64,000 bases of DNA from Eledone cirrhosa (taxonomy: Eukaryota): the NCBI GenBank assembly GCA_964016885.1, contig OZ024746.1, positions 88,040,001 to 88,104,000 on the forward strand, given 5' to 3'. Both the position numbers and the translations under genes were made by a program. This document shows, piece by piece, positions 38,561-52,999 of this stretch (the first letter of the stretch is position 1; each line of letters starts with the position of its first letter). The notes below the pieces were generated by a model that had not been told where the DNA came from, did no database searches, and saw only the letters and a program-made list of their open reading frames with translations.

Positions 38561-40571
38561 CAATTTTGTTGACATTATTTTGAAACCACTATGTATTCAC
38601 ATACCCAGTTCCATCCGGGATGATATCGACTTCCCGTCCCATCTTCCCCAAAACCACGGAAACGAATTCACTTCTACTTAGTTTTGATGTGGTAAGACTT
38701 TACACCAACATTACACATGATTTAGGAATAAAGGCGGTTAAATAGAGGGTGGAAAAACATAGACAATTGATTCCTATCAGATTCACAGCGCCATTTATAT
38801 TAGACACAGTTAAACTTATTCTGGAAAACAACGGTTTCTTCTTCAATGGAAATAATGACATCGAAATTAGAGGCACAGCGATGGAAACGAAGTTTGCTCC
38901 CGTTTACGCGAACGCTGTCATGGCATACTTAGAACAACAACTCTACCAAGAAATAGAGGAAAAATATAGTACTGCCTTTAGAAAGTACATTGAAAAATCT
39001 TGGAAGAGATACCTTGACGACTGTTTTATCATCAGGACAGAATATCTAGATACTCTGGTTGAGTTCAATATCCTCCTGAATAAACTACACCCATCTCTAC
39101 AATTCACAAAAGAGATGAGTAGTACCAAATTACCATTCCTAGATATAATGATAATCAAAACGACACCACCATTACCACGGCTATATATTATAAACACAAA
39201 GACACCCATCAATATTTCAATTTTAAGTCGTGCCATCCACCTCATACAAAACGCAACATCCCTTTCTGCCTAGCCAGAAAAATTTGTACCATTGTAGAAG
39301 ATACGAATACCAGGTACAAACGCCTAACAGAACTAAGAGAATGTTGCTCAAACAAAAATATCCATCTCTACTTATTGAAAATGGCATACAGCGAGCTATA
39401 AAAATACCTATACAACAACTCAGGACAACCCAAGGAAGAAGAAACCAAGAACTGGTCATACCATTTATAATGACACACAACCCATGTCACCAGAATATCT
39501 TCAACACTGCCAAAGCAAACCTACCGATCATTGCTCAAAGTAATGAATTAAAAGGCTGAATCACAGATCGATCTTTGACTCATAGTAAAAGACAGCCGAA
39601 AAATGTTAAGCAATTACTAACAAAAGCAAAGTTTGACCTTAACAACAAAGACCAATCATTCAATGTATCTAAATGCAATGATAGTCGATGTGGCACATGT
39701 CAATCCATACACGCCGGCCAATATATGAAAACAAAAACTGGAAAAATATTCCAAAATGCAAATATGAACTGGACAAGCAGAAATCTAATTTACTGCATTA
39801 AATGCCCGAATTGTGAAGAACTATATGTCGGTCAAACTGGAAATGCACTATCGGAACGTGCACGCGTACACCGACAGCAAATCAGAGACCCAAATGTCCG
39901 TCAGATACCCCTAAGTAACCATGTAGCAACATGTGGTCAGGGGAATATTTATAATATTCCCATTCTACAAATTACACAGCCCAAGTGAAATCAAGAGAAA
40001 AATCAAAGAAAATATTTTTATTGATAAATTCAAACCCAAGATAAATGAACAATGATAATGGGATATTCTACTATGACTATCACTTCGACCACTAACAACA
40101 ACAAGAGCAATAATAATAATAATAAAAGTGATGTTGAAGGTGATGATTACTAGAAAATGCTATTTTCATCATTTCTAAAAATAGCAAATCAATTGATGCT
40201 TTGGATAGGGTCAATTAGTAGTCGTTAGATATGCTCAACCAACCGTGACGCCTAAACCAATCAGCTTTAGTAATCCAGTGAAACTACACACCGATTGGTC
40301 GAAATACAGTTTGCAAGATTTAGCATTCTGGAGCCACTTTTCACTGTATATAAGGCACAACATTTACCCATCTCATTACAGTTGAAAATTGCAAACTTGA
40401 CTGTCACCACACATTATGAACCTGAAGATTGCGAAAGCATGAAAGCACCTGTTCAATTAACACTTGACATTTAATATTCTACCATACTATTTCATTCTAA
40501 TACCATTATAAATTTTAACGGATTGTAAATAAAACGAGTAAATCAGACAACGTTGGAATTCCTTTTATTAA
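38560..40571 (+). mobile_element. 5'-truncated Neptune-like Penelope element (RT, Cys-rich linker, GIY-YIG, 3' pLTR), between (TA)n tracts
   Basis: SFDVVRLYTNI, GTAMETKFAPVYAN, WKRYLDDCF, LPFLD, CNDSRCGTC, NLIYCIKCPNCEELYVGQTG.ALSER...H. Frameshifts and stops are present. A degenerate HHR lies at 40417-40455. Confidence 0.92.
40417..40455 (+). ncRNA. Degenerate type I hammerhead in the PLE 3' pLTR
   Basis: TGAAC-CTGAAGA-TTGC.GAAA.GCAT-GAAA-GCACCT-GTTCA. Stem I is perfect; U16.1 appears mutated. Confidence 0.6.
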
Positions 40572-43500
40572 TATATATATATATATGCTGATTCCCTATC
40601 AACATTAATGAATCTCTCCGTCGTATTTCAGCTAAATTTATAAAGCCTCACCTATATCACATGCGTAATTTTCTTTTTTATGATAAAAATATATCGATAA
40701 CCAGTATTTCAACATTTCCCATTGTGGAGTGGCTATTCATTACATGTTTTCTGGTGGCACTCGTCCTGGCGTAGAGTTTAGTGGAACATCTATGTTCATG
40801 TGTAAGACGATTTCGGCAATCCCTCGACTCCATCGTAAAGATTGCGGCATCGCCTTCCTTTGGTCTGGAAGGACAGGGAATTTCCTCTGTGTCGGCTGTG
40901 TTCAAGTAGGGTGTGTTGTGCACGCTGCTGATAGGACAACAGATAGACCCTTCACTCGGCGATAAAGATTCCGGCGACGCCGTCGAGTTTCCATTGTAAA
41001 ATGTGAAATCTTGCCTTCCAGGTCATTTTTTTAAAACGTAGCGGGGATGAATCGAGTGAGCAGAAGTATTCTGGAAATACTCCTTTAGGCTAAATACTAT
41101 CGGGGGGAGCCTCCCTATGGTGCTCAGTGTTATTTACTGCCACGTGTTTCTCTCTCCTGTTGGGGAATTTTTATTGTTATTAATTCATTACATATTTTCA
41201 TCTGTTTTATTTGTTTCCATGTTTTAATTGTTTGGTAAATACCTGTCTTTTATATATCGTTCTATACAGTTCGGCGTTTATTGCCAATGAAGAAATAATT
41301 GTTATTATTAATATTTTCAATTGCGAACACTGCCTTTACTACATCCCAGAAATCATTTCAGAGCGCCTTGCGTACGGGTGAAGTCTCATAATCCTTTAGT
41401 CCTCAGTCAGTTTTATTGCTTGACCTTGTCTTCAATTTGGTGGAGCGAATGCAAACATGTCTGTTAAATTTATAGTGTGTTGGTTCAACACAGTTGACCT
41501 GGCGTTGGGCACTTCTTACGCAAACATCTGCTGTCGCACGGTATCAATTGTGTGCGACAACTGGAATATTCTATTTGCCACGTTCTGTCCAGAAATTCAA
41601 GTAGATAGCAAATGGGACTATTTGACAGCCAGAAAAGTAAATCTAACCCTGTAATAGACTGAACTTGATACTCTTCTGGGCGGTCGTGCTATCTCTTGGA
41701 TATGTTATGATTGCGGAGTTGATCACTTTTTATTTTTAGACGCAACCAATCTTTTAATGGTGAAGTGTAAGCGAGAGATTAGATTAGATAGATAGATAGA
41801 TACAGTGCAAGAGGTATAAATAAGGTGAACAGAGAGAGAACAAAATTTGACCCCAATAACTTGTCTTGTCTGACATCATATGAGTAATAGGTGATTTTAT
41901 TCGAATATGAACACAGCGCAAAAAACATATATTTACCTGTATGTTCGTACGTGTGTCTGTTTCTGCGTGTAGGTGGTGTGGCTGGATATGGTAAATTTAA
42001 AAGAAAATATATGAAATCTGAATAACGTATGTCCTACTAGGAAGTTTCTTCATTGAGCTAGTTAATTTATAAAGTATTTTGGCACACAGCTCAATGTATT
42101 CTGGCGTTCATCCCGGGCATTGCTTTTAGTCCATGTACAAAATCTCTTAGATTCCCAGAAACCAAGTAAATTTATTTTGTTTACGCATCTATGAAGACAT
42201 ATTTCTTAGTGGTAGACGATTTATTTGCTTTGTCATTAATTTGCAGTGTATAATATTATATTGAATTTGGCATTTACTTCAAACTACTTCTATTTTAATG
42301 TAGGTGTGAGAAGTATGTTCCAAGTAAACATATACTCTTTTATTATATTACTCTGCGTTAAAATTTACTTAACAATATTTCATCATATGTTTCATATTAT
42401 TTATTTCAGGAATGTTTTAGTATTCTCAACTATACATTATATAATTATATTCAATTATAATTGGTGGATGTTTTCACCAAATTCAATAAAACACGAGGAC
42501 GATGAAGACACACTTGAAAGATAAGATCTTAAACATACAGATGCAAATGTTGAAGGTTGCTTTTCTCGCAATTTAAAACTCATTGCTTTCTGCTTAGTGC
42601 AGTGTAAATACTAAAATTATATTTCTTTATAATATTTTGTCAGAGGTAAGTTTCAAGACATACAACAATATATATTTTTAAAATGTTTGAATCCTTTATT
42701 CATCTGCTATATTTAGTGAAGAACTTCATCTATGATAAATGTTCCTATTCGCGTCTTCGGAATAGTTGAAATGCCTTCCAGCTAATGCAGTATTCGATCG
42801 CTTCGGCTGATTGGTTCTGCTTTAAGTAGTTGGCAGTGTGGAAATTAATATTTCACTATAATTGAAGAAACCACAACACCTTAGCTTTTAACACGTAGAC
42901 TTTTATCATTTAAAAGAAATGGATAAACAATAAAGGTCGGATATTATAATCGGAAATATATTAACGTTGAAGAAAGGAGTGTGTCATCGGTAGTCTTTTA
43001 TATTTACTGATAGCAATAATAAACAAGAATTAAAGTTTACCCTTACGAGGAAACATTTAATTTCATTGAATTTTGCATGTCCGAATACTTTACTCCTCAT
43101 CAATTATAACATTAATTGGTGGAGAGGGATATACTAATGGACATAGGTTTCAGCTCATAAAATGATACATTACAAATAAAATTAGTTATTAATGTCTCCA
43201 TAAACCACACTTATCCAATGTTTAAGTAATATGTGATAAAGAATGGCTAGTATTAATACACTCTAGAATAAGTGTAATCTCGGAGCGTGTTAAAATATTA
43301 TTCCTGATTATCAAGTAAATGTGTTACAACAAGTACTTCATTGCGTCTACTACCATGCCATACCAGTTTCGGTTGTGGTACCTAGTAGCAGATAAAGATG
43401 GGTAAGTAAAATTAAAAATGGTAAGGTTCATAACGACTTTGTAATTGATGTACACTTCCTGGTATATTATATAAACATATATGTATACATACTAACCCTC

Positions 43501-43726
43501 AAATACAAATTATATATATACATATATATATTTTCCTGACTCGGTTTTCTTTCGTTGCGCTGGTCGTAGCGGGTCGCCTATCAGTCGGTCCCTTCAATTT
43601 GCATAGCTGTCTAAACGTAATGTGATAACACTAAGGTAAAATTCGTATTGAGTGATTTAGCTGCACATCTCGACTGCATTTGTTAGCTTGGCTGCAACCA
43701 GAGCTTCGATTATGCTGTACTTCTTT

Positions 43727-43762
<36 letters not shown>

Positions 43763-43798
43763 TGTGTGGGTGTTGGTGTGAGTGTATGTATGTATGTG

Positions 43799-43873
<75 letters not shown>

Positions 43874-45814
43874 GTGTGTGTACATACATAGAAATATATA
43901 AATTCACATACACATACATATATATATATACACAGATCGCACACACACATACGTATATATAGTGCATGGATATGACAAATAATTTACTTCAATAGCATAA
44001 TTACTTGATGTACTTTAAACTCATTACGGACATACGTACCAATTAAAAGATAAATATTTCTAAAACTTTCGATGTTTTCTTAAACATATTGATTTACTAG
44101 CCAGTATCGAAGCAAACTGAACTTTAAGTGACCAGCATTTCTCATGATTTAGTGAGAACAAGTAGCAGATACCAAAATAAACATTTGAGCATGCTTCGAT
44201 ATTACAGAAGTCTAGATTCTATTAACTATTGTTAATTGTAAACTATAATTGCTAAACATTGAACATGTTTGCTTTATGCAGATATAAAGAAACACATTCA
44301 ATGCTTAGAGTTGTATTACAGACTTATAAATAATAAACTAATATCCTTTATTTTGTTTTCAATGCATGATGCATAACCTGCAATTCCGCTTTTTATTTCT
44401 CTACATCGTTTTTGTAACGACATTGATGTGTCTGATTCAGTAAATTTAACAAGAAATAAAAGCACATCATTTTCTATGTAGCTAATAAAAGAATGAAAAA
44501 CAAAATACTCTTTATTATTATTGTGGTTGATTGTAACCGTAATTATTTAGCACTTTATGTCGTCTGGAATCGATCCGCTCCATCAATTAATTTGATTTAA
44601 AGCAATCAAACTCTACTTTCTCAAGTTACTTTCTTGATTAGCAGTTATTTCATTTGATCGAAAATGTTCTTTTCCATCGATTCTCTAGCATTTACATTAT
44701 CACCGTACTGAGTGGTCATATTGCCTCTTCATACACGCAATTAAATTAACTTGATTTACAAAAAGTACTTCAAATTATATTCTACACCAACTGCAGCGTG
44801 TGTCACAGCTGGCTGAATATTTACTGGTGTTGCTATGATGCTTTAAGTGTTCGCGACAAATGGCACTTAAATTTCATTGATGAACGAATAATTCTAGCTT
44901 GATTTGGTTACTTAGATTCCGTTGACCTGAAGTGCATCCGCTATTGGGCGAAATATCTGGTTTTAATAAATTAAACAACGACATAATGCTATGAATATAA
45001 AATTTTATTTTGAGTTAAAAACTAAAGAAAAAGCGTAAATAGTTAGCAATTCTCAAACATGGTTGTTTGATCAAAAGCACATTATTGCAGTTTTCTTTCT
45101 AATAAATCTGCAATTAACATATTGGTTCTTCTATCATTGGCTACATATTTCGCAAGCCAGTTTGCATGTGATATATATATGTCATATCTCAATAGTCATT
45201 GTAATACTAATTCTAAATCTAGTCCACATAGATGTAGGAAAATCCAAACTTAAAAGAAGGAATGTGAATGGCCATTATATTCTCTAGGTTTGAATTAATA
45301 ATGTTGGATAGGGACAAACAACCATCCTATGAAGAAAGCTAAAGAAGTGATAAATATGCTGCCATAATGGAATACATAACACGTGTACTTAGAATACAAC
45401 AGCAGAGAAAACAATGAAGGAATGCTAGGCTTTGAAAGAAGATTAATGAGATTAGATAAGGGAAAATATAGCAATTCCATACGATTACTAACGAGGGAAA
45501 TATTTAATAAACATTACATACATAATCGTTTATATTTCTCAGTGATTGTGAGATATTTAGATCGTAAATTTGTGAGTAAGAGAGATGTGAGATGAATATT
45601 ATAAAACACATGCACAAAAGATAACCAGATGCGCCCATAAATATATAGGCGTACATAAATGCAGGAAATATAATATGTATGTGTACGTTTTCGTGCAAAT
45701 ATGCGCGCGTGTATCATTTCAGTATATATATATATATATATATATTACATAGAGAGAGAGAGAGAGACAGAGAGATAGAGAGAGAAATACAGAGAGAGAG
45801 GGAGAGAGATAGAT

Positions 45815-45891
<77 letters not shown>

Positions 45892-46071
45892 ATATTACAA
45901 TTGTTGCGATATCGATCAGTTCAGTGTACTAGTTTTTGACATCTCGACAGATATGCGAGTTTATACGGGCGAATACAGAAATAAATTGCTGAATACTTCA
46001 AACAGTAGTTACACACCCACAAACACATACACACACACACACACCCATACACACATACATACATTTATATA

Positions 46072-46114
<43 letters not shown>

Positions 46115-46116
<2 letters not shown>

Positions 46117-46372
46117 CCAAAAGTTCAACAAGGTTCATTGATTAATCAATGAATAACGTTTTACAATAGATTAGAATCACTCAACAGCGAGGTTTTGTGG
46201 AGATATTAATATTACTTCAAAATATTAATAAATATAGACATTCATGTGATCAAACTTATTTTATCTGATGATGACGTATTGATGAAATTGCTCAGTACCT
46301 CTGAAATATGTATAATAACATATATTTGATCACATGAATGTCTATATTTATTAATATGTTGAAGTATTATAC
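46115..46372. mobile_element. Second fold-back copy of the 7918-8312 family; tail on the minus arm, HHR (46257-46320) on the plus arm
   Basis: ATATTAATAAATATAGACATTCATGTGATCAAA pairs with TTTGATCACATGAATGTCTATATTTATTAATAT. HHR: CTGATGA-TGACGTATTGA...TCAGTACCTCT-GAAA-TATGTA-TA. Confidence 0.85.
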
Positions 46373-46437
46373 ATATATGTATATATATATATATATAAAT
46401 ATATACACATGCATTCAAGCATACACACCCACACACA

Positions 46438-46510
<73 letters not shown>

Positions 46511-47276
46511 TAGTGAAAATACAGGATCTACAGCGTGCTCGTCACTTCAGAGATGTGGTAACTAGCCGAAACCGCTGGCAATGGTGTCGATCACCTTATC
46601 TCACTATATTTACATGAAAGGCGTCGGGTTATAGTGTAACGTATTTACATTGAGACTAGCTTATTGGATGGAGATTCTAAGAAATTCGAGGTATAATTCA
46701 AGATTGGATTTAAAAAGCGAAGTGCTTAGAAATTACTTTAATTTAATTTCCTTTTTATTTGTATTGAGATCTGAGGAAATTGTGTATATTTTCCTTGGAG
46801 TAGTAATTATAAAAAAGAAACGTGTGTGTAATTTTTACATTAAAGAAGAGGACATTTTGTTTATTTGCATTGAAGTTGTAATTAAAGGGAAATTTCTGCT
46901 GCTGATATTTTTTGTTGATCTGACCTACTTACGAGAAGTTTAGCTTTTGTTATAAATTTTCTTTGTGATTTCTTTGTCTATTAATTTGTCTGATACTTGA
47001 CCAATGCCTGAAGTTAGTGATGAGGACATGTCATTATTTACTTTCTCTTTTTATACATTCTGTCTGCGTTTATTTCCTTTCATTTCGTTACCGACAAAAG
47101 ATAGACGCGTTCTTGAGAGATAGTCAAAATTATGTGTCTTGATTTTGATAAATAATTTTGCAAATCTCTACATAATTGATCTTATTTCTACTTGTAGACT
47201 TGCGTATATACGATTTATCTTAATGATGTTTTGGATTCATGTGTGTGTATTATATTTGTGTGTATACAAATATTAA

Positions 47277-47358
47277 CGCATGGCTTAGTGGTTAGAGCAT
47301 TGGGCTTGCAATCGAAAGGTTGTGAGTTCAATTCTCGGACCGGGTGACGTGTTGTTTC
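47277..47358 (+). mobile_element. tRNA-derived SINE head (second family)
   Basis: A box TGGCTTAGTGG and B box GAGTTCAATTC. No complete acceptor stem, so this is not called a tRNA. Confidence 0.7.
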
Positions 47359-47670
47359 ATTTTCATGGGAAGGTTTCAGTGAAATCTCGATGTCAAGTAG
47401 TGCACGTTTCAAATAAGATTCTTTCTTGTTTGTGTTATCTTGTTGTGCATTCAACTGGTTTAAGAGCTTGGTTCTTCGTCTTATAAGGATTTTTCCTATC
47501 CCTGGGAATATGATTTTGTCTGCTGGCCTTTTTCTCCGGGACAAACGTTTGGCATATAGTGTGTATCGTAGTCGTGAAGTGTTGAAATCGTGTGATGGTG
47601 TCTTGTGTGACGGTGTTTTCGCTCCATATGTGTTTCCGGATTACTCTCTTGATCTTTTTCCAGTTAGCCT

Positions 47671-48024
47671 TGTTAATGTATTCTATCTTTACTAATGTGT
47701 ATTTATATGTGTTTGTTGTTATTGTGCTTGTGTATGTATTTATTTATTTATTTATTTATTTATACTTCTCTGAGGTCACTGTTGTTTGTTTGGGTGTTGT
47801 TGTTATTCCATTCATTTTTTCTGTTTTGCCTTGGCCCTCGAAGAAGGCCAAGGCTAAACAGAAAAAATGAATGGAATAACAACAACACCCAAACAAACAA
47901 CAGTAACCTCAGAGAAGTATAAATAAATAAATAAATAAATAGATAAATAAATAAATACATACACAAGCACAATAACAACAAACATATATAAACACGCACT
48001 AGTAAAGATAGAATACATTAACCA
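47671..48024. repeat. Long palindrome, about 170-bp arms with a 9-nt spacer
   Basis: The centre is GCCTTGGCC.CTCGAAGAA.GGCCAAGGC. The arms include (TTTA)n of different lengths. Confidence 0.9.
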
Positions 48025-48469
48025 ATACACAGTCACCCAAACACGAACACACCTCAAACAAAACACTATACGCACACGCAAAAGCATGCGCAAAGAAGAC
48101 AAAAAAATAAACAAATAAATAAATGTATAAACAAACTAAATATAGATGGCGTAGACATACAATGAAACGGGAGGAAACAATAGCAGTACTGACGATGTTG
48201 CAGATGTGCAACGATAGAACTTTGATAGACTATATATGTGTTTGTGTCTATATTGTATCTGTATTTTTGACCGTTGGTCAGTCAATGGCAACATTGAGGG
48301 CCGAATAAATTAAATTAACCGATATAAAAGACACAGAAGCGAAAGGCGAAAACCAACCAAACAGTGAGTGTGTTCTGTTATTAATTCTGTCAATATTACA
48401 CAAATATGACCCTCCCCAAATATAACAATATTTATTTCGACACACGATTTCATATAAAAAACCTCGGAA

Positions 48470-48517
<48 letters not shown>

Positions 48518-48522
<5 letters not shown>

Positions 48523-48610
48523 CGAAACATAAGTGAATTGCATGAACTCATAATCCTTTATTTACTGCTATATATATTTCGAAGATATCCATTGTATGGC
48601 TATTACCTCA
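48518..48610 (-). mobile_element. Truncated sibling of 12048-12150 (HHR core cut off)
   Basis: Same (TA)n-GTGACGAAACATAAGT junction and near-identical sequence up to ACCTCA. Confidence 0.85.
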
Positions 48611-49440
48611 CTGAAACATGTTTACTAGACAAACAGTGCATCACTCCAGCGGTGATATACTAAGTAGATGTTGTCTCTACCAATCAGAACCACCAAACTG
48701 AAGCCTGGAACTAGGTCGGTTTATCTGAGAGGGGTTTAAAAACCGGTATCTGAATCGCAAAACAACCTTCAGATATCCCGATAAAAACATGCCACCCAGT
48801 TCGCAAAGTCCGTATGAAGCCTTGAGAACAATGGCATAACTTTTCTATTAAAGGAGGATACTAAAAACATCTATCGTCTACGGGAATAGGTCAAAATTTT
48901 TCCGAATTGTGGTATATAATCTCATAAATAACTTCGGATAAGCACTGCCTATCAACACGGCTTTATTTCTTTGGCGATTGTTTCTATGAGAAGACGTATA
49001 TTTTGAGTAAATGGCTTAGGCCTGACTAACTGATCTAGAAGTATACTTTGATTTTGTATATCAGGGAAATTGGATTATTTGAGTCAGCTAGAAGAAAATA
49101 CATTTCTACTCTTATTGAAGCTTGACTGCGGTCTCTCAAGAGTTACCTCCATCGATCTTACCTTCTAATTAGAAAAGAATAACTTTTTCTAAATGGTTTA
49201 CTAATTACCTGCCCTTGGTTAAACTCTTACGGTATATTCCTAAAATGCGTTTATGTAACTGTATATGTCACTGTTGTAATTATATAACACCCCCCCCCCA
49301 TATATATATAAATACATATATATAAGTAATAACGTGGTAGAGATATCCAGAGCGTCGAGCAACTGAAACCTGTGGGGTGAGTTTTAATAGATTATGAATA
49401 AAGCCAGTACTCAAGCGAAGAGAATAAGGACCTTAAATTA

Positions 49441-50336
49441 TCTATATATATAAAACTGAGGATGTCTGTCTGTGTGTGTGTGAGTTTGAATCCCTAAAAC
49501 TAGAGAAGCACCCAACAGATGTTTTCAAACTTTACACATGTAATACTTATGCTTCAGGGGATGTTCTTAGCAAAAAAGTATTTCAAATGTTCAATGCCCT
49601 AGGGAACGCATTAGGCGATTTAACGATCTCTCTCTATAATTCTTAGTGTTTCTCTTTTTAGATAGATACATACATATAAAGTGGTGCCCTTATAATATCT
49701 GTATGTATGTCTGGCTGTCTGCATTACGTCACTTCCCTGGGGATGTATGTCTGTGTGTGTGGGGGTGGGTGGGGTGGGGGTGTGTCTGAGTTTCAATCCA
49801 TAAAACTCGAGAAATACCCAACCGATTCTTTTCAAACTTTACATGTGTATTACTTATGTTTCAAGGAGCGTTATGCACATGACAAAAATCAATGTTTTGA
49901 TTTCCTAGGTCTTTAAGTGAAAACTGCTTTTTTTCAGGTTTTTAGGGGTTATTTGAGGCGTTACGTCAGACCGATTTGCTTGAAATTATAACTATGTATT
50001 AGTCAGTCGCTTCTTCATACGGTGAGCAAAGAAAATACTACTTTTTTATAGCCTAGTGCCCGCATTAGGTGAAAACCTTCGTTTTTTCAGCTTTTTAGGG
50101 ATTTTTTGAGGCGTTACGTCTAGCCGCTTTTCCTGAAATTTCAAGGCATATCATGCACATAAAAAACATTTTTCCTGCTTCATCGAGGAACATCTTAAAG
50201 AGTATCCAGCCATCAGAGTATTCGGTTTATTTTCTTTACACATTGTCCAGACATGCAATTTTTCTCCGATTATGTCTGTTGGCGGCTCGCATTCCAACAT
50301 ACCTTATCTCGTGCAACGCCGAGTACCACTGTTTGT
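49441..50336 (+). mobile_element. Non-autonomous Helitron, degenerate 3' end
   Basis: 5' end A|TCTATATATATAAAA; internal duplications; 3' CTCGTGCAACGCCGAG hairpin followed by a degenerate CTAG. Confidence 0.6.
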
Positions 50337-50449
50337 CTTTTTATAAAGGTTGGAGATTTGATTGCGATCAAAATGGGTATATCATACAGAGAAGGAAGAA
50401 AGATATAGAAATAAGACAATGCATGTATTACAATTAGTGTTGTAAAACT

Positions 50450-51650
50450 GTGTAATTGAAATGATTGGATTCCAGTGTTAAATGCTATCTTGGCCAAACC
50501 AATAAATTAGAAAAAAGGGGGTAACCTTGGACTAAAGTTAAGGTATGAAAGAAATATAATTTAGAATTATTTGCTACGGAAGCCAATACGTTAGAAGGTC
50601 ATCATTGGCGTTGGGGCAGTGAGAGAAAATGTATTCGCGTGTAATTGAATATCTATTATTGGTGTAAAAATTACCTATCTAACACCTCTCGTCCTTCGAA
50701 GCTATTTTTGTAATAGTCGAGAATGTTGAAGTATATTCCATTTAAGTGAAATGTTTCTATTCAGGTATGTGAGGTGACATATTTTGTTCAACGAATTAGT
50801 AGTGTTCCTTTTAAATAGGGATCTAAAATTCTGCATATATCATCGCTGGGCTGTTTCATTGTTCAATCAATGGGTATGATTTTGTTTGTACAAGCACATC
50901 CATATATTTGCGTGCCATGGTGTGTATTTAAGAGGTGTGGTTTCTCTGGCACAGGAATATACAATTTTAACCATATGTCAGTTAAACATTTTGTGGCATC
51001 AATGTGCTAGCGGGAAGTTGATATCTATAATGGCCAAAAGGTAATTACTTATAGTTTTAACATTCAAATACAAGTGGTGTGAAACAACTTTTGTATATAT
51101 GACTAGATTTTATCTTATTATTTCATGGATAATTTTCACGAGAGTAGGACATATTCCCGAGGAATCAATATTGCATGAGACGTGTATAGTATGGGACATG
51201 CCCTATCAAATATAGCTTTGTTTGTTGAAAGAAAGGCTAGATATTCGTTTGGTAATATTCGTAACGAGATTTCTAAAGCCTAGATGTGTATAGCATTAGC
51301 TTTTATGTATGCATCTAAGACTTTTACTATCATATAGAAAGGTTAATGTGTGTGTAAGATAATGTGTATGTTATGTCATAAGCTTTCACGATGCTCTATA
51401 AGGATGGCCTCTGTAGACTATAAACATGAGTTAGTAATGACAATGTATGTGATAGAAAGTCGTGTTTGGAATTCATTGTATTTCTTTAGAAATGTCACAT
51501 ATTCCATATTTTAACGTCGAAATACTCGCTTGTTGACAGATTTCTAAAATTGCACTAAAAATCATTGGCTTAGAATGGATAAATAATGCCATTTTTTCCG
51601 CCATTGTTCTTCAACTGAACTTTAAGAAAATCAGTTTTAATTGTGTCTGC
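50450..51650 (-). mobile_element. Very old LINE RT remnant
   Basis: Faint, correctly ordered traces only (YR-, GFR-, KA.FDR- and .DD-like) across many frameshifts. Confidence 0.3.
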
Positions 51651-52999
51651 TATTTGTTTTCATGGTTTGCTCCAAAACTAAATCTTCAATACGGTTAACG
51701 TCTAACATGTTCAGAGAAAATACTTTGTTTTCTCCACGTTCCATCCTTTCACAAAAGTATGTTTCTAGCTAAATTATCCTTACTGTGTAGAATTTGTTTA
51801 ATCGTATCCGACCAAACCTTTTTCGCGGCGAAGCACTTTTATTTACAATTATTTCCAGTTCATTATATCAAATTTATTGATAAATACTGATCTATTCAAT
51901 TCATTTAAATTTGTTTTCATAATATACCTACTACTTAGTTTAACTTATTTTAAAAAGAAAATGATCATCCTTAAAATATGAATGAAAGTTCGTGTGTTAT
52001 GTCCCTTTAATTAATTGACATGAAATTCTTTGAAAATTTCGACGTCGGTAATCAGTAGCAACCAAATCGATATATCGAGTAAATACTCAATTTATCTTTC
52101 TCTTTCTATATCTGACTTTCCCTCACACACCCCCGATGGGCATGTGTGGCCTCCTACCTAATTTATGAATCTGTATATATTTAGTTTAAGTGCAAAATCG
52201 ATATAAAGCCCTGCAAAAAATGGTTTGATATAATTCGCCACACAACTCCTAATTGTACTCTAAAATAGATATAGATTGACTTTCGCTTTCAACATTTCGA
52301 GGTATCTAGAATGATTACACTCTTTGAGAATTGATTATGTGAGAAAATGTAGCTATAACAAACGATATAGATTTTATTGCTAGTTGGTGTATGATTGATA
52401 TTATTTGGCTACAACGATTTTCATATTCATACACCTAGATATTCATGTTAAATATTTTCCTTAAATTATGTGTGTATTTCTATTAACTTGTTTGTAGTTT
52501 CATTTTATATGATTTTTTTTCAATATGATTAAATATCAATTCTGGTTTCTTTGTACTTCTTACTAAAGTAACTAGTCAGTTGTTATCTCAATTTATTTCT
52601 AGATGAAGATAGCTTTTCATGGTTACATTTGGAGTCTATGAAACAACAAACTAATCATTTGTATGCGGACATTGCCTTCCCATATTTCGTGAGTGATAGA
52701 AGAGTATGGTTGATGTGTAGGAAATAGAGGTTAACATTATTGTTGACAGAATAAACATATCATGTTAGAGGTGAAACAAAATCTCAAATCTTTCGCAGCA
52801 GAAAATTTAGAAAGCTTGGGACACTCATCAGATAAAATGGAAATCAGTGTACCACATTTTTTTTACTCTATATATTTTGAGCGAGGTACAGTTCAGTTAT
52901 TGGTATAGCAAAAACAAATAATTGTTTCTACTTTTGGCACAAGGCCAGCAATTATCCAGTGCATTACTGACAAATAATAAACACTTGGCATTTGGAATA

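Noticed and set aside
40690-41700. GC-richer stretch with short ORFs
   Set aside because: No identifiable domain on either strand.
47277-47358. tRNA gene
   Set aside because: A and B boxes are present but there is no closed cloverleaf, and the sequence continues as a SINE body.
48620-49250. Possible decayed PLE RT on the minus strand (VDD-like, LFM-like traces)
   Set aside because: Too degenerate to support by eye.
52603-52688. Exon-like segment (TTTCTAG|...|GTGAGT), open in one frame (EDSFSWLHLESMKQQTNHLYADIAFPYF)
   Set aside because: No recognisable protein similarity and no partner exons; RNA-seq would be needed.
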